The notes beneath the pieces are model-generated. The model was not told the origin of the DNA, searched no databases, and was given only the letters and a program-made list of their open reading frames with translations. From NCBI GenBank assembly GCA_964016885.1, contig OZ024755.1, positions 30,194,001 through 30,258,000 of the forward strand: a stretch of DNA of 64,000 bases. The letters run 5' to 3'. The position numbers and the translations under genes are program-made. Within the stretch, counting starts at the first letter, position 1. Each line of letters starts with the position of its first letter. Below are positions 45,922 through 59,354 of this stretch, piece after piece. The stretch comes from Eledone cirrhosa (lineage: Eukaryota).

Positions 45922-47199
45922 GACACATATATATACACACGCACACACATATATATACACGCACGCACACAGACACACACACAAACACACATACACACAC
46001 AATTATATATATAACTGTTTCTACTTTTGGTACAAGTTTACCAATATGAACGGGGATGTGTGAGTCGATTAAATCGACCCCAGTACCCCAGTACTTTACC
46101 AGTAAGGATTAAGGCAAAATTTGAACTCCGTAATAATATATATAATATATATACACAAGACTTGATTGTTTTAAGCCGTAAACACATCACAGCTATCTCA
46201 CTATCTGTAAGAAAGCATTGTATACATATTTCCTGATTGTTTTCATTCCTCGGTATACGGAAGTTCGATGTTTCTAACGACTTGTAGAATTTGTAGATAT
46301 CTAATCTAATCTAATCTGGCCGAGTTTACCCTCGCAAATAAGAAGAACCAGGGCCGCCCCTATGAGCATTGGATTTGGTGTATTTCATATTTGTTTCAGT
46401 TGCTGAATACAATCAGGGGAAGCTGCTTCTCCTGAAGGTCAATAGTTCTCTTCTAACTCGAGCAGGGGCGCCTTTCCATTGTCAATTTGCATTAAATTGA
46501 TCATCTACAAAGCCACGTTGTTCTCAGAATCACTACACCAGTCTTTCGATGCGTGCAGCTGGAACTACTGCCACCCATTGATTTGGCAGGATCGCAGCTC
46601 ATTTCTACAGCTGAGTAAACTGGAGCAACGTGAAATAAAGTGACTTGCTCAAGGACACAACACATCACGCGGTCTGAGAATCGAACTCACAACATTTCGA
46701 TTGCAAGCCCAATGCACTATATATAATTGATCCATCATGAAAATGATTCATCCACGAAATGTGAGTATACATGCGAACACAGGTGTGGTTTTGTGTGTGT
46801 GTATAGACATATTGATAATTTTCATTACGCACTCACTTAATACCATTAAAGACACACCTGGCAATTTTTCAGCCCACCCGATTATCGATATAAATTAAAC
46901 ATATAAAACCGTATGTTTTATGTACATACATCTATGTAAATAAAATAGAAATCGTTATTTCTATACGCCCAATTACACGTTGTCAAAACCATTTGGTTAA
47001 GAGGTCGATGTTGTTCTGAGTTCAATCACAGAACGCTGCTAGATTAAAGAATTCTGCGGGAAATTGAGTAGAGAGAAGCTCTACTTGACCGAACTCTACC
47101 TTTTCCTTAGTGGGTAATTAAATCCGTTACTCAATTTAACAACATATCAGTTAACCATTAGAATGTTTTAGCAGATGTTACTCTGTTGCACGTTTTCAG

Positions 47200-47650
47200 A
47201 GAAGTTCTCAGATCCGAGGTCACTGCGGTTCCACCGTGAACTCTTTCGGCCACCACCCGCTTTCCTGTCACCACAGTGCCGGCCGCATTGCACACCATGC
47301 TGCCCTCAACGAGGTCATTAAGCATGGCTTGGACGCTGCAGGCTTCCATTCCCAGCTCGAGCCGGTGGGGCTGGATCGAGGGGACGGCAAAAGGCCAGAT
47401 GGCATGACCATCTTCCCGTTCCGCGGTGGCAACCCCCGCGTCTGGGATGCCACTTACACCGATACTTTCTGCAGCCGCAACCTGGTGCAGTCTGCGACTG
47501 ACCCAGGTTCTGCTGCACGTCGGGCTGAGGGGGCCAAACTCCTCAAATACCGGTCGCTCTCCGACAGGTTTGCGGTCGTACCCCTGGCAGTGGAGACTTC
47601 TGGTGTCCTCGGCCCCAGGTCTACCTCCTTACTCAACACCATAGGTTCAA
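47200..47650 (+). mobile_element. CRE-like non-LTR retrotransposon restriction-like endonuclease fragment
   Basis: H.LSC....GRIAHH..LN, EPVGL.RGDGKRPDGMT, WDAT, K..KY, VPLAVETSG.LGP. Confidence 0.85.
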
Positions 47651-47712
47651 TTATTTCCATCACAACCATTAGGCAACATAACGAAAGGAAAATTTCTGTA
47701 CACACACACACA

Positions 47713-47758
<46 letters not shown>

Positions 47759-48035
47759 GAGACAATCTCTCTCTCTATCCCCCTCTCACTCTCACACACA
47801 GAGATACTCTATCTCTCTCACACACACACACATACTCTCTCTCTCTCACTCACACACACACACACACACACACACGTATATAAACACCCTACATAATACA
47901 GAATCTTTAAGTCTAAATATATACACGTACGCAATGAAGTAAGCTGTGTGATGTGTTCAAAATTAAACCAAATTACCTGTCTAATTAACAAGCTCTTAGA
48001 GACATTAAGTCCAGGTCTTGCTCACGACTGATCAT

Positions 48036-50088
48036 GAGATTTGTACCTAGAAGGGAAAGGAGTTTGAGATTTGTACCTAGAAGGTAAAGGAGTTTGAGAT
48101 TTGTACCTAGAATGTAAAGGACTTTGAGATTTGTACCTAGAAGGGAAAGGACTTTGAGATTTGTACTTAGAAGGGAAAGGACATCGAGATTTGTACCTAG
48201 AAGGGAAAGGACTTTGAGATTTGTACCTAGAAGGTAAAGGACTTTGAGATTTGTACCTAGAATGAAAAGGAGTTTGAGGTTTGTACCTAGAAGGGAAAGG
48301 ACTTTGAGATTTGTACCTAGAAGGGAAAGGACTTTGAGATTTGTACCTAGAAGGTAAAGGACTTTGAGATTTGTACCTAGAAGGTAAAGGAGTTTGAGAT
48401 TTGTACCTAGAAGGGAAAGGACTTTGAGATTTGTACCTAGAAGGTAAAGGAGTTTGAGATTTGTATCTAGAAGGGAAAGGACTTTGAGATTTGTACCTAG
48501 AAGGTAAAGGACTTTGAGATTTGTACCTAGAAGGTAAAGGAGTTTGAGATTTGTACCTAGAAGGGAAAGGACTTTGATATTTGTACCTAGAAGGTAAAGG
48601 AGTTTGAGATTTGTACCTAGAAGGTAAAGGACTTTGAGATTTGTACCTAGAAGGTAAAGGAGTTTGAGATTTGTACCTAGAAGGGAAAGGACTTTGACAT
48701 TTGTACCTAAAAGGGAAAGGACTTTGAGATTTGTACCTAGAAGGGAAAGGAGTTTGAGATTTGTACCTAGAAGGGAAAGGACTTTGAGATTTGTACCTAG
48801 AAGGGAAAGGACTTTGAGATTTGTACCTAGAGGGGAAAGGACTTTGAGATTTGTACCTAGAAGGGAAAGGACTTTGAGATTTGTACCTAGAAGAGAAAGG
48901 ACTTTGAGATTTGTACCTAGAAGGTAAAGGACTTTGAGATTTGAACCTAGAAGGTAAAGGACTTTGAGATTTGTACTTAGAAGAGAAAGGACTTTGACAT
49001 TTGTACCTAAAAGGGAAAGGACTTTGAGATTTGTACCTAGAAGGGAAAGGAGTTTGAGATTTGTACCTAGAAGGGAAAGGACTTTGACATTTGTACCTAA
49101 AAGGGAAAGGACTTTGAGATTTGTACCTAGAAGGGAAAGGAGTTTGAGATTTGTACCTAGAAGGGAAAGGACTTTGAGATTTGAACCTAGAAGGGAAAGG
49201 ACTTTGAGATTTGTACCTAGAAGGGAAAGGACTTTGAGATTTGTACCTAGAAGGGAAAGGACTTTGAGATTTGTACCTAGAAGAGAAAGGACTTTGAGAT
49301 TTGTACCTAGAAGGTAAAGGACTTTGAGATTTGAACCTAGAAGGTAAAGGACTTTTAGATTTGTACTTAGAAGAGAAAGGACTTTGACATTTGTACCTAA
49401 AAGGGAAAGGACTTTGAGATTTGTACCTAGAAGGTAAAGGACTTTGAGATTTGAACCTAGAAGGTAAAGGACTTTTAGATTTGTACTTAGAAGAGAAAGG
49501 ACTTTGACATTTGTACCTAAAAGGGAAAGGACTTTGAGATTTGTACCTAGAAGGTAAAGGAGTTTGAGATTTGTACCTAGAAGGTAAAGGAGTTTGAGAT
49601 TTGTACCTAGAAGGTAAAGGAGTTTGATATTTGTACCTACGAGGTAAAGGAGTTTGAGATTTGTACCTAGAAGGGAAAGGACTTTGACATTTGTACCTAG
49701 AAGGGAAAGGACTTTGACATTTGTACCTAGAAGGGAAAGGAGTTTGAGATTTGTACCTAGAAGGGAAAGGACTTTGAGATTTGTACCTAGAAGGTAAAGG
49801 AGTTTGAGATTTGTACCTAGAAGGGAAAGGACTTTGAGATTTGTACCTAGAAGGTAAAGGAGTTTGAGATTTGTACCTAGAAGGGAAAGGACTTTGAGAT
49901 TTGTACCTACGAGGTAAAGGACTTTGAGATTTGTACCTAGAAGGTAAAGGACTTTGAGATTTGTACCTAGAAGGGAAAGGACTTTGAGATTTGTACCTAG
50001 AAGGGAAAGAACTTTGAGATTTGTACCTAGAAGGGAAAGAACTTTGAGATTTGTACCTAGAAGGTAAAGGACTTTGAGATTTGTACCT
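48036..50088. repeat. 30-bp minisatellite, about 68 copies; open on the minus strand as (GTNLKVLSLL)n
   Basis: ACTTTGAGATTTGTACCTAGAAGGGAAAGG with exact 30-bp periodicity and no indels. Confidence 0.97.
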
Positions 50089-52506
50089 GCCTTGTTACTG
50101 TTACACAATTGTAACCAATAAAATAATAATACCTACAGATACACGCAATGCTGTTAGTATTTATAAAGAATATTTACAAATATCTGGCGAAATACTCGAG
50201 GATATCTTTGAAATGTAATAGTTATGTTATCACACAATTTAATAAATTCCGTTACTCCTATCGTTGATCATTTATCTGGAATCATTTTGTGTGCAAAGAT
50301 GCAACTCTACCACACTCAAACGATGTAAGAAATAATATTGAAAAGATGCTGTTGAGCAATCAACCAATCAATAAACCTGTTCGTGGTGAAACCCTCATAT
50401 TTTCAATAACATGAAAGAATATTTCAAAATTTGTAAATAAAATTAAAAAATTACTTTGCATAAAGTACCTTTGTTTACAGGCCATGATGAAAAGGATGAT
50501 AGTCTTTTATCTTTTTATTATAATCCTTCCCGATGTCGTCACTAGCCTGATTAGCACATTCTCAATAATTCACCTCTATATTCCATTCCTAAGAACATTT
50601 TATTCTCTTCTTTGTAAATAGTATATCATACTCTTTATTATGTAACATGTTTATACTTTAGTTTTTTAGACGCCTAATGAAATAAACGTTAGTAAAACAA
50701 ACAAAAAAAAAAATGATTTGCCTCTTCCCTTTATTTTCTACTCCCGAATGCACATACCAGATACATAAATGTGTATGTATAAATATAGGCACTGGTATGG
50801 TTGCGTGTTTAAAGTGTTTGTCATATCCACGTAGATTCGTGTCCGATTGCACTATACAGCACCAGTCAAATTGCACCCAGAATCGTGTAATTGCCAAGCG
50901 AATGTTTTAACAATACCACCATACATGTGCTTCTATTGTTTATTAATGTGACATATATATGTGTTCGTCTTTTATATCTGGCGGTATTCTTACCTTTGAA
51001 TCACGATCCGTACAGTTTTATAAACCTAGGTGCATTTGATCGTTAATTAGATATCACGAATGACCAGCTTATAAAGAGTTGACGTTGAAATGTATATTAA
51101 AATTCACCCCTTCCTCCTGAAAACAACAAGAATCAAAAACTTATGTAGACAATTAAACTAAAAATATATTGTGTAGACGGTGTGTATGACACACTGAAAA
51201 ACAGTTTCTGAAGCCTTAATTAAATTTGACTTCTTTTATAACGTTGACGTTTGTTTACCTCATCGGTAATGACATTGTGTTGTTGTTTCCCGTTAGGGTC
51301 TATAACAAGGGAGCAACACTTATAAAACATTTTGTTAAAAAACAACAAGAATTGATCTTAATAAAGAAAAATGAAAGGACCAAGGTTTGGTATGTTATAG
51401 TATAGTATAGTATTCCTACTTGTGCATTCACAGTAATATACGTATTAAACGCGTCATAAACCATGATAAAAGTACACAGACAATATGTAGAGGGAATGAA
51501 AATATGATTAATATTACAGTGGAATGAAAACTACACAAATCCTTTAAGGTTTCATATCAACATAACACACTTCAGAACCAATGAGAGAGCATGTAAGTGG
51601 TCGTTTGACCGAGAAATAGATGTTCATTCTATTGTATTAACTAAGAAAATAACATAATAACATGATGTAATCGTGGATATATTCTGACGGGATGGCCACG
51701 GCTTATATGTATGTGTGTGTGCAATCAGGATTAACTTGGCACTAAACAACAAATAAAGCATTGACACGAATCTACATAGAATATTTAGAGTGGCTAGTAT
51801 ATTTAGGGTGGCTAATCTTATGTATATTCACAAAAGATTTAAACTTATTCACCTTAGCTGTTATCAATTTATTGAAAAACACGTTACTGTTCTTTCTTCA
51901 AACATATAAACTGACTTAAATTATTCCCATTCCTAATGTATTAAAATTCTCTCTCATGCTTCTGAGAACTGGTAACAATTGCTGCTAGTATTTTTTTCTC
52001 CAAATACTCCATATTTCTGAGGTTAACGAAACTGAAAGCTTTGTCTGAGAATTTCCAGAAATAAAAGCAGCCAGTGATATCTCTTACACAGGTCATCGGC
52101 ATTATCAAAGAATCGTAATTGGAAACAGTTTCTTGGGGATAGTTTTCTGACGTTTGAATAAAACCAGACAAACTCTACACAAATCCACAGCCAATGAATT
52201 CAACATTCTATGAAGAGTAGATGATCTTGACGAGACTAGACGAGGACTCTCATTAACGAAGTCTAGACAATTTTCAGCCTGTAGCATATCTGATTACCTT
52301 AGGCAAAAATAATGGGTCAAATTAATAGGCTGTAAACATCAAATCAATATTATTCAAAAACCATTGTCTGAATATCACAGGTGTAAGTTAATTAGTGTGA
52401 AACTCAGAGTAATAATGGGATGAATCAGCAACTATTATCAGAACAATATAAACTTTACTGCTGTTTTTTATTGGTCCTTTATACACATAAACACACACAC
52501 ACAAAA

Positions 52507-52537
<31 letters not shown>

Positions 52538-53603
52538 CACATACATAAACACGCACACATAAACACACACAGAAACACACACACACGCATAAACACACAC
52601 ACATAAACACAAGTACTCACATACATACACACATGAAATTTTAGTTAAAATTCGAATTGTGGAACAAGCCCTCCATCACATTTCGACTGAATATCAAAAT
52701 GTTGCCGCGTTGTTCTGATACTCTCAGTATTTGTCTGGTTTCTTATGGCCCCACTATAATACCTCCTCCATGAAATATATAATACCCACTATAATACCCA
52801 CTACATGAAATTTTGGCTCTAATCACTCTAACCATGTAGCCACAATTTTATTTCGCTACCCACCACGGATTTGATTTGCACTCAGCTTTGGCTTGTCTCT
52901 CACATGCATATGGGTTACCTCCTGGGACGCCTTTTATGTTCCCTTTTCCCATCCACGATTTTCTGAATCAGCATTTTCATACAAGACGATTTCCAAAGTT
53001 CTTCATATTTTAAGCTCACCCTTTCATGACTCTACTTTGTATTATCTTTCCACAAGACACCGACAACTCAACTCTGGAAACAAATGTTTTTTTATTATAT
53101 AACCCCCCCCCCCCCCCCCCCATTAGATGAGAACATTGCTTTGTTACTGTAATTTGACTTAGTAATACGAGACACTAGCATCATTTTTGTTCACAATCCT
53201 ACAGTGGTATCAATGTTCAAAGTAGAATTCCTTTACACGATCACCATTTAGACAGACTTTTTTGGAATTTGTGTGCTATGGACATTGCCGAAGTAACTCA
53301 TATAACCTCGTGAAGGGAGAAATATTTGCTTTTCTCCCGATGTTTAATATAACGGTAGTACGAACCATTAAATCACGTAATGGTGACAATAACAAGTGCC
53401 TTTTGATCTTAAATCTAAACGAGCAGCCTAATACAATTCTCAATAAAAACATGCACAGTCATGTTGAAGGAGAATAGAGAAATGGTGCACCTCATTATAA
53501 TGTTAATATCAGTGTCGCACCCGGTCGTGAATCCAATGGTGTTGATTACTGGCCCAATGTATATCGTTACAACGTCTCTTGCTTGCGCCAGAATACAATA
53601 TCA

Positions 53604-53820
53604 TGATTTCTAGTATAGGCACAAGGCCAGTAATTTAGGGGGAGGAGAAAGGCGATTAAATCCACCCCCAGTACATTACTGGTGCTTTATTTTATCGACC
53701 CCGTAAGGATGAAAGGCAAAGTTAACCTCGGCGGGATTTGAACTCAGACCGTAAAGGGCCGTAACTCTATGCTGCAAAGATGGTGTCCGATGCTCTACCG
53801 ATACTGCCAATCCACCGCCC
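53604..53820 (-). mobile_element. SINE family 1, full-length (long subtype)
   Basis: Includes the ~35-bp extra segment also seen at 13044-13266. Confidence 0.9.
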
Positions 53821-55860
53821 TACCAGAATACAAAATAATGTAACGCCTTGTGTATCAGCGTTTGTGGATCTGATTCATACGTATTTGTTTAATCAAGCTA
53901 GACATTAGAAAAATATTTATCCACTTCGTAGCCTGGGAATCCCTGACAAGTTTTCTGAACTTACTTGCTTATTATTTCATACAGTACCAGGAACATTGAT
54001 ATCCTGTTTGTCAGAAATCCTTAAAATGTTCTAAAGCATATTTTAAACGAAACTGATCAGTGGATAATTTGATATCCTCCTTAAGAATCTGCTGGTCTTC
54101 TGCTAAGCATCAATTTTGTCTCATCGTTTCTTCTTTCAAAACATGCTGTAATAATCTCAACATCCTGAGCAGTCCCGGGCAATGTTTTAAGAAATCTTAT
54201 GAGTTATGTGTTTGCCTGGAGCTTTCTTCACGAACAACTTCACTATTTTTACTCTGATACTCAGAACATCGAACTGGAACTGAGCTGCATGTGGAAACAA
54301 CTCCTCATTGAATCCAAGATATTTATATTTAGCCGTAATATCTATACTAATATAAATTTATTTTGATTATACTCAAATTTTAATTTACATATATTCCCTA
54401 TATTTTCCCAAATGTTGAATGAAGACGTTATAAAATGTTCACTGTTACGGATAAAAACACATTTCATTTCACACCACCCTTTCTTTATATCACTGTATTT
54501 CTTTACTTTATAAATAACAATCAAAGCGTGTTTAAAGCATTTAATCACTTACGATCATTTCATCCTAGCACAAGGCCGGATTCATCGGAGTATATAATAA
54601 AGGTTGAAACACAAATATAATATCAGAAATTTGTCATAAGAACATTAGGAAGATACATAATATGAAAATATATATATATAATTATATTATCATTGTATAT
54701 CTACATTTTCTCTCTCAACATTTACTCCTACTTATATAAACACATAATTTTATATATTTATTTTTAATTCAGAAAACGTGGTTTTATCCCCGAAATATTG
54801 AAATATTGAAGTATAATTTTACTTTGTTTTTACCTTCTCTGCTATATTTTGGGGTTGCACGTTCTATCGGGCCGTTAAGTATGAAATTTATAGAAATTTG
54901 TTTTGTTTTTACAAATTTCTACAAATTTCATACTTGAGTAAATTTGAACAAATATAAACTCATAATGCTTTATATGAACTAATACTATTTTAATTTTTAG
55001 CTTGGAATAATCACCAGCATTTTGCAGCTACTGACCTATTTCTTTTTTTGCTGGCTTACAAATTCATTCCAGCATAATAATGAAGTGAACGCTAACATAC
55101 TTGATATAGTGAGAACACCCGTTCCCAAAATATAAAAAAAATATATAGAGAGAGAGATACAATTAAAAATAAAAACAACTAATTAAAATTATAACCTTTA
55201 GTGATGAGAACAAACATTTTCTGAATGACTAATCTCGGTCAAAAGGGGCAGGGAAAGTAAACCCCAATATTTTAATGTAGCTTTAACATTAATTAATTAT
55301 GGAATACAGTAGGGCAGTGAATGTAATGTTTAGCAGAACATTGACAACTCCAGACATGTTTCGGTCTAGTTTGGTGAAAAACTAACAAATAAAATCAATG
55401 TTTGACAGATGTGTTATTTTGATGACGTCGTCGTTTGTTACAGGACACTAACTTTATATTGAAGCTCGATCGATGCAGGATGTACACGTGGCACTGCTTA
55501 AGGGAACATATATACAGACTGATATACTGAAGAGAAAGCAATGAATTCCACGCACACACATACATACATATGCATACATATGTGTGTGTATATATATATG
55601 TGTGTGCGTGTATATGTATGTATGCATGTGTATGTATATATATATATATATATATGTATCTATGAATGAATGCGTGCATTATAATAAATGTTCGGTGAAT
55701 CCATACGTACATATATATATGTGTGCATGTATGTATATATATATATATATACATACTACTGTACATCTGTATACATATATGTATGTACGTGTACATACTT
55801 ATATTTAAGTAACAACCGTACTAAGAGTGGGAAATGAAATTTCGTTTCATTTTTCCCGTT

Positions 55861-55890
<30 letters not shown>

Positions 55891-55892
<2 letters not shown>

Positions 55893-55992
55893 AAATAGCC
55901 CTTTGACATGTTCTCATCAGATAAAGCTGTAATGTTTTTGTTTTTGACATGTTACTGTAGTCAGGAATGTAGTGGTAGTAGTTCATTAGTGG

Positions 55993-56045
<53 letters not shown>

Positions 56046-56124
56046 GTTCCTAACTACAGTAACGTCAAAAATAAAAACATTACAACTTAGCACCTATCTG
56101 ATAAGAACATGTCAAAGGGCTATT
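55891..56124. repeat. ~90-bp inverted arms enclosing (TAC)n, with a partial hammerhead core
   Basis: AATAGCCCTTTGACATGTTCTCATCAGATA is mirrored by TATCTGATAAGAACATGTCAAAGGGCTATT; CUGAUGA is present but the GAAA side is absent. Confidence 0.75.
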
Positions 56125-56323
56125 ACTCAATCATTTTGACATCTTGGAAATACGTATAACAGGATTATATAATAAATAGATGTACATTTAAAACTGTCTC
56201 CCTTCTTTATAATATTGACACTCAGTTTGATAATAATTTAAGGAACACAAGTCGTAGAGTGTTTTGCGTCTGTTTACGACTAAAGTCGGTTGATTATTTG
56301 ATCAACCAACGTTTCTTTACTTG

Positions 56324-56394
<71 letters not shown>

Positions 56395-56510
56395 CCGTAT
56401 TTCCCGGCAACGAAGACGCTTCGTCCTCGAGAACGCACCCTAATTTCGACGCATGGTAGATTTTTGAGACCTATTTTAGGAAAAAAGTAGCGTCTTCGAC
56501 GCCGAGAAAT

Positions 56511-56514
<4 letters not shown>
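56395..56514. mobile_element. 120-bp Tc1/mariner-superfamily (Tc2/pogo-like) MITE in (TA)n
   Basis: TIRs CCGTATTTCCCGGC..GAAGACGCT / AGCGTCTTC..GCCGAGAAATAAGG; TA flanks. Confidence 0.75.
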
Positions 56515-56569
<55 letters not shown>

Positions 56570-56782
56570 ATAATAATAAAATTGAAGACTAAAATCCAAA
56601 GAGGGCTCGATAAGGAAAATATATATCAAATATATATGAACCGTAGAGCAAATATTTATTAAAGGGTGAAAGCAGCGATTCTTTGCTTAAATTTTAATCT
56701 GTTATTTTAATAAATATATATATATATATATATATACATACAAAGACACAACACACGCCTATCTATGCTGTTCATAATCTAA

Positions 56783-57430
56783 CAATTGTTTCTACTTTTG
56801 GCACAAGGCCAGCAATTATCCCAGTGTATTACTGGTACTTTATTTTATCGATCCCCGTAATAATTGTTTTTACTTTTGGCACAAGGCCAGCAATTATCCC
56901 AGTGCATTACTGGTACTTTATTTTATCGATCCCCGTGATAATTGTTTTTACTTTTGGCACAAGGCCAGCAATTATCCCAGTGTATTACTGGTACTTTATT
57001 TTATCGATCCCCGTAATAATTGTTTTTACTTTTGGCACAAGGCCAGCAATTATCCCAGTGCATTACTGGTACTTTATTTTATCGATCCCCGTAATAATTG
57101 TTTTTACTTTTGGCACAAGGCCAGCAATTATCCCAGTGCATTACTGGTACTTTATTTTATCGATCCCCGTAATAATTGTTTTTACTTTTGGCACAAGGCC
57201 AGCAATTATCCCAGTGTATTACTGGTACTTTATTTTATCGATCCCCGTAATAATTGTTTTTACTTTTGGCACAAGGCCAGCAATTATCCCAGTACATTAC
57301 TGTTGATTTATTTTATCGACTCTGTAAGGATGAAAGGCAAAGTTAAACTCGGCGGGATTTGAACTCAGACCATAAAGGGCCGGAACTCCTTGCTGCAAAG
57401 ATGGCGTCCGACTCGCTACCGATACTGCCA
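56783..57430 (-). mobile_element. SINE family 1 whose 3' 78 bp is amplified about 7 times in tandem
   Basis: 78-bp unit repeated over 56783-57320, then the single SINE head to 57430. Confidence 0.92.
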
Positions 57431-57464
57431 TACATTTGTTGTTTAGACAAAAGTAACCGTTAAC

Positions 57465-57680
57465 TTAGGACCTATGATAAAAGGTGTTCCCGCTTTGGAA
57501 ATCTTGGCTTTTGTCATATCTATTAGATTTCCAAATCGCTTTTTGTTTAATTGGGTAGAATGTGATTGATGGATATTTGACTGCCATTTCTATCAGAAAT
57601 TGATAGCATACAGAGCCTTCAACATATGTGACATTGCTGGCTGTTGCTGTTGTGGCTGTTTTAGGGAAATCATTCAGCCC
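57465..57680 (-). pseudogene. Exon-like segment, possibly from a decayed Ig-domain gene
   Basis: TGTTTCACCAG acceptor, then GLNDFPKTATTATASNVTYVEGSVCYQFLIEMAVKYPSITFYP; the neighbouring segment 57866-57980 reads STLNIKYSPTI then hits a stop. Confidence 0.28.
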
Positions 57681-58042
57681 TGGTGAAACAGAGTTCAATC
57701 AAGGAAATATGAAACAATATACACACATATAATCAATGGTGAGAAAGCGGGGGCTGGGGAGCAAGTAGAGTGATTATGAAAGAAAGGAAGAGAGAGAAAG
57801 AGAAAGAAAGTAAGAAACGTGGGAATACGAAAGAGAGAGTAAGAGAAAGAAAGAAATGCGTTACACCTGTCTCCGTCAGCAGACGATCAGGTCAAAGTGA
57901 AGTTAAAAGAAGCTTATGTAACAGGTGTTGTTGTTCAGAAATAGTTGGGGAATATTTGATGTTCAGTGTAGAAGTTGAAACTTTGAATAAATACGCTAAC
58001 TCATATATTTATAAATAAATGCATACATAAAACACACACACG

Positions 58043-58111
<69 letters not shown>

Positions 58112-58125
58112 ACATATATATATAT

Positions 58126-58259
58126 ATTGTTATACTTGGGGAGGGTCATATTTGTGTAATATTGACAGAATTAATAACAGAACACACTCCCCAAATATAA
58201 CAATATTTGTTTCGACACACGATTTCATATCAAAAACCTCGCTAACTAATTCATCGCCG

Positions 58260-58260
<1 letters not shown>
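58126..58260 (+). mobile_element. Highly deleted, diverged family A element
   Basis: ATTGTTATACTTGGGAGGGTCAT...CCCAAATATAACAAT plus a diverged tail. Confidence 0.65.
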
Positions 58261-58299
<39 letters not shown>

Positions 58300-58373
58300 A
58301 AAAAGTAAAAAGACAAAAAACACCGTAGAAAATGATAGAGGAATTTTTTCAGTATAACATCAAAACATTTAAG

Positions 58374-58409
<36 letters not shown>

Positions 58410-58441
58410 AGATCAAAAGATGGTTAAAGGAGTTCCATATA

Positions 58442-58508
58442 TTTTATTATGCGCATTTCAAAAACAAACATCACCAAGCAATAATATTTGTGTTTTCATC
58501 AGATAAAA
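58442..58508 (-). ncRNA. Minimal type I hammerhead ribozyme (family B)
   Basis: As 15863-15929, with one U-A to U-G change that preserves stem II pairing. Confidence 0.85.
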
Positions 58509-58621
58509 CAGGAGAACATGATATGAAGGCTAAAAAACACTTGTGGATAGTGCAGTTTTAAATCAACATATCAACTGCACTATCCACAAGTGTTTTTTAG
58601 CCTTCATATCATGTTCTCCTG

Positions 58622-58688
58622 TTTTATCTGATGAAAACACAAATATTATTGCTTGATGATGTTTGTTTTTGAAATGCGCATAATAAAA
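58622..58688 (+). ncRNA. Minimal type I hammerhead ribozyme (family B)
   Basis: TTTTAT-CTGATGA-AAACACAAATATTATT-GCTT-GATGATGTTTGTTTTT-GAAA-T-GCGC-A-TA^ATAAAA. Confidence 0.87.
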
Positions 58689-59268
58689 TATATGAAACTC
58701 CTTTAACCATCTTTTGATCTTATATTATGCATACTCCAGTCCCACAAACTGTAGAGTGCTTCTTATCCGATATCTGCATTGCTTTATTGTACTACAATAA
58801 AACTCACCTCCTACATATATATATATATATATATATAAGATAACAAGATATCATTTAAGATAATCCAGCTAGAGGTTATGAATACTCTGTATCGATGATA
58901 GTTTTAACGCTCGGCGTTGTTTGGCTCAACAAGAAATTTCCTTAGTCGGGTGATCGGTTTAAGAAAGTTCCTAGGCAGGCGGTTCTTGGAGTAATAATAG
59001 TAAAAGAATGAAGAATATCATTGTCCGTTGTACGATAGGGTTTATTTAAAGTACTCTTCATTCTTTTACTATATATATATATATAGATTAGAGCAAACAT
59101 CACGGACGCTCTATCTCAAAATTATTTTTGAAAAGCATTAGAAATGCGCAACCGGTAAAACTTAAAACCAAAACTGAATACTAACCAATACAATTACTAA
59201 TTCTCACTTATTCCTAATTAAACTATTTTTCACTGTGAACAATTTGTCAGCATTTTCTATTCCGTTTA

Positions 59269-59354
<86 letters not shown>

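Larger units (their letters stand above)
58402..58813 (+). mobile_element. Fold-back element family B: ~155-bp inverted arms plus ~85-nt tail, with two opposed hammerheads
   Basis: 58402-58556 is mirrored by 58573-58728; the tail ends AATAAAACTCACCTCCTAC as at 15925-15943. Confidence 0.88.

Noticed and set aside
48036-50088. CRISPR-like 30-bp repeat
   Set aside because: Units are contiguous with no unique spacers, no cas genes are present, and the context is eukaryotic.
51941-52290. Overlapping short minus-strand ORFs
   Set aside because: No recognisable motif; cannot tell decayed transposon from decayed gene by eye.
56824-57306. 160-aa repeat ORF; likewise 30481-30861 and 42560-43039
   Set aside because: Tandem units with lengths divisible by three (78, 78, 72 bp); the first is antisense SINE sequence; no splice or domain support.
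59140-59225. GAAATGCGCA-containing repeat (second copy 62650-62732) as a ribozyme
   Set aside because: Probably another pLTR 3' fragment, but U16.1 and the CUGANGA half are missing.
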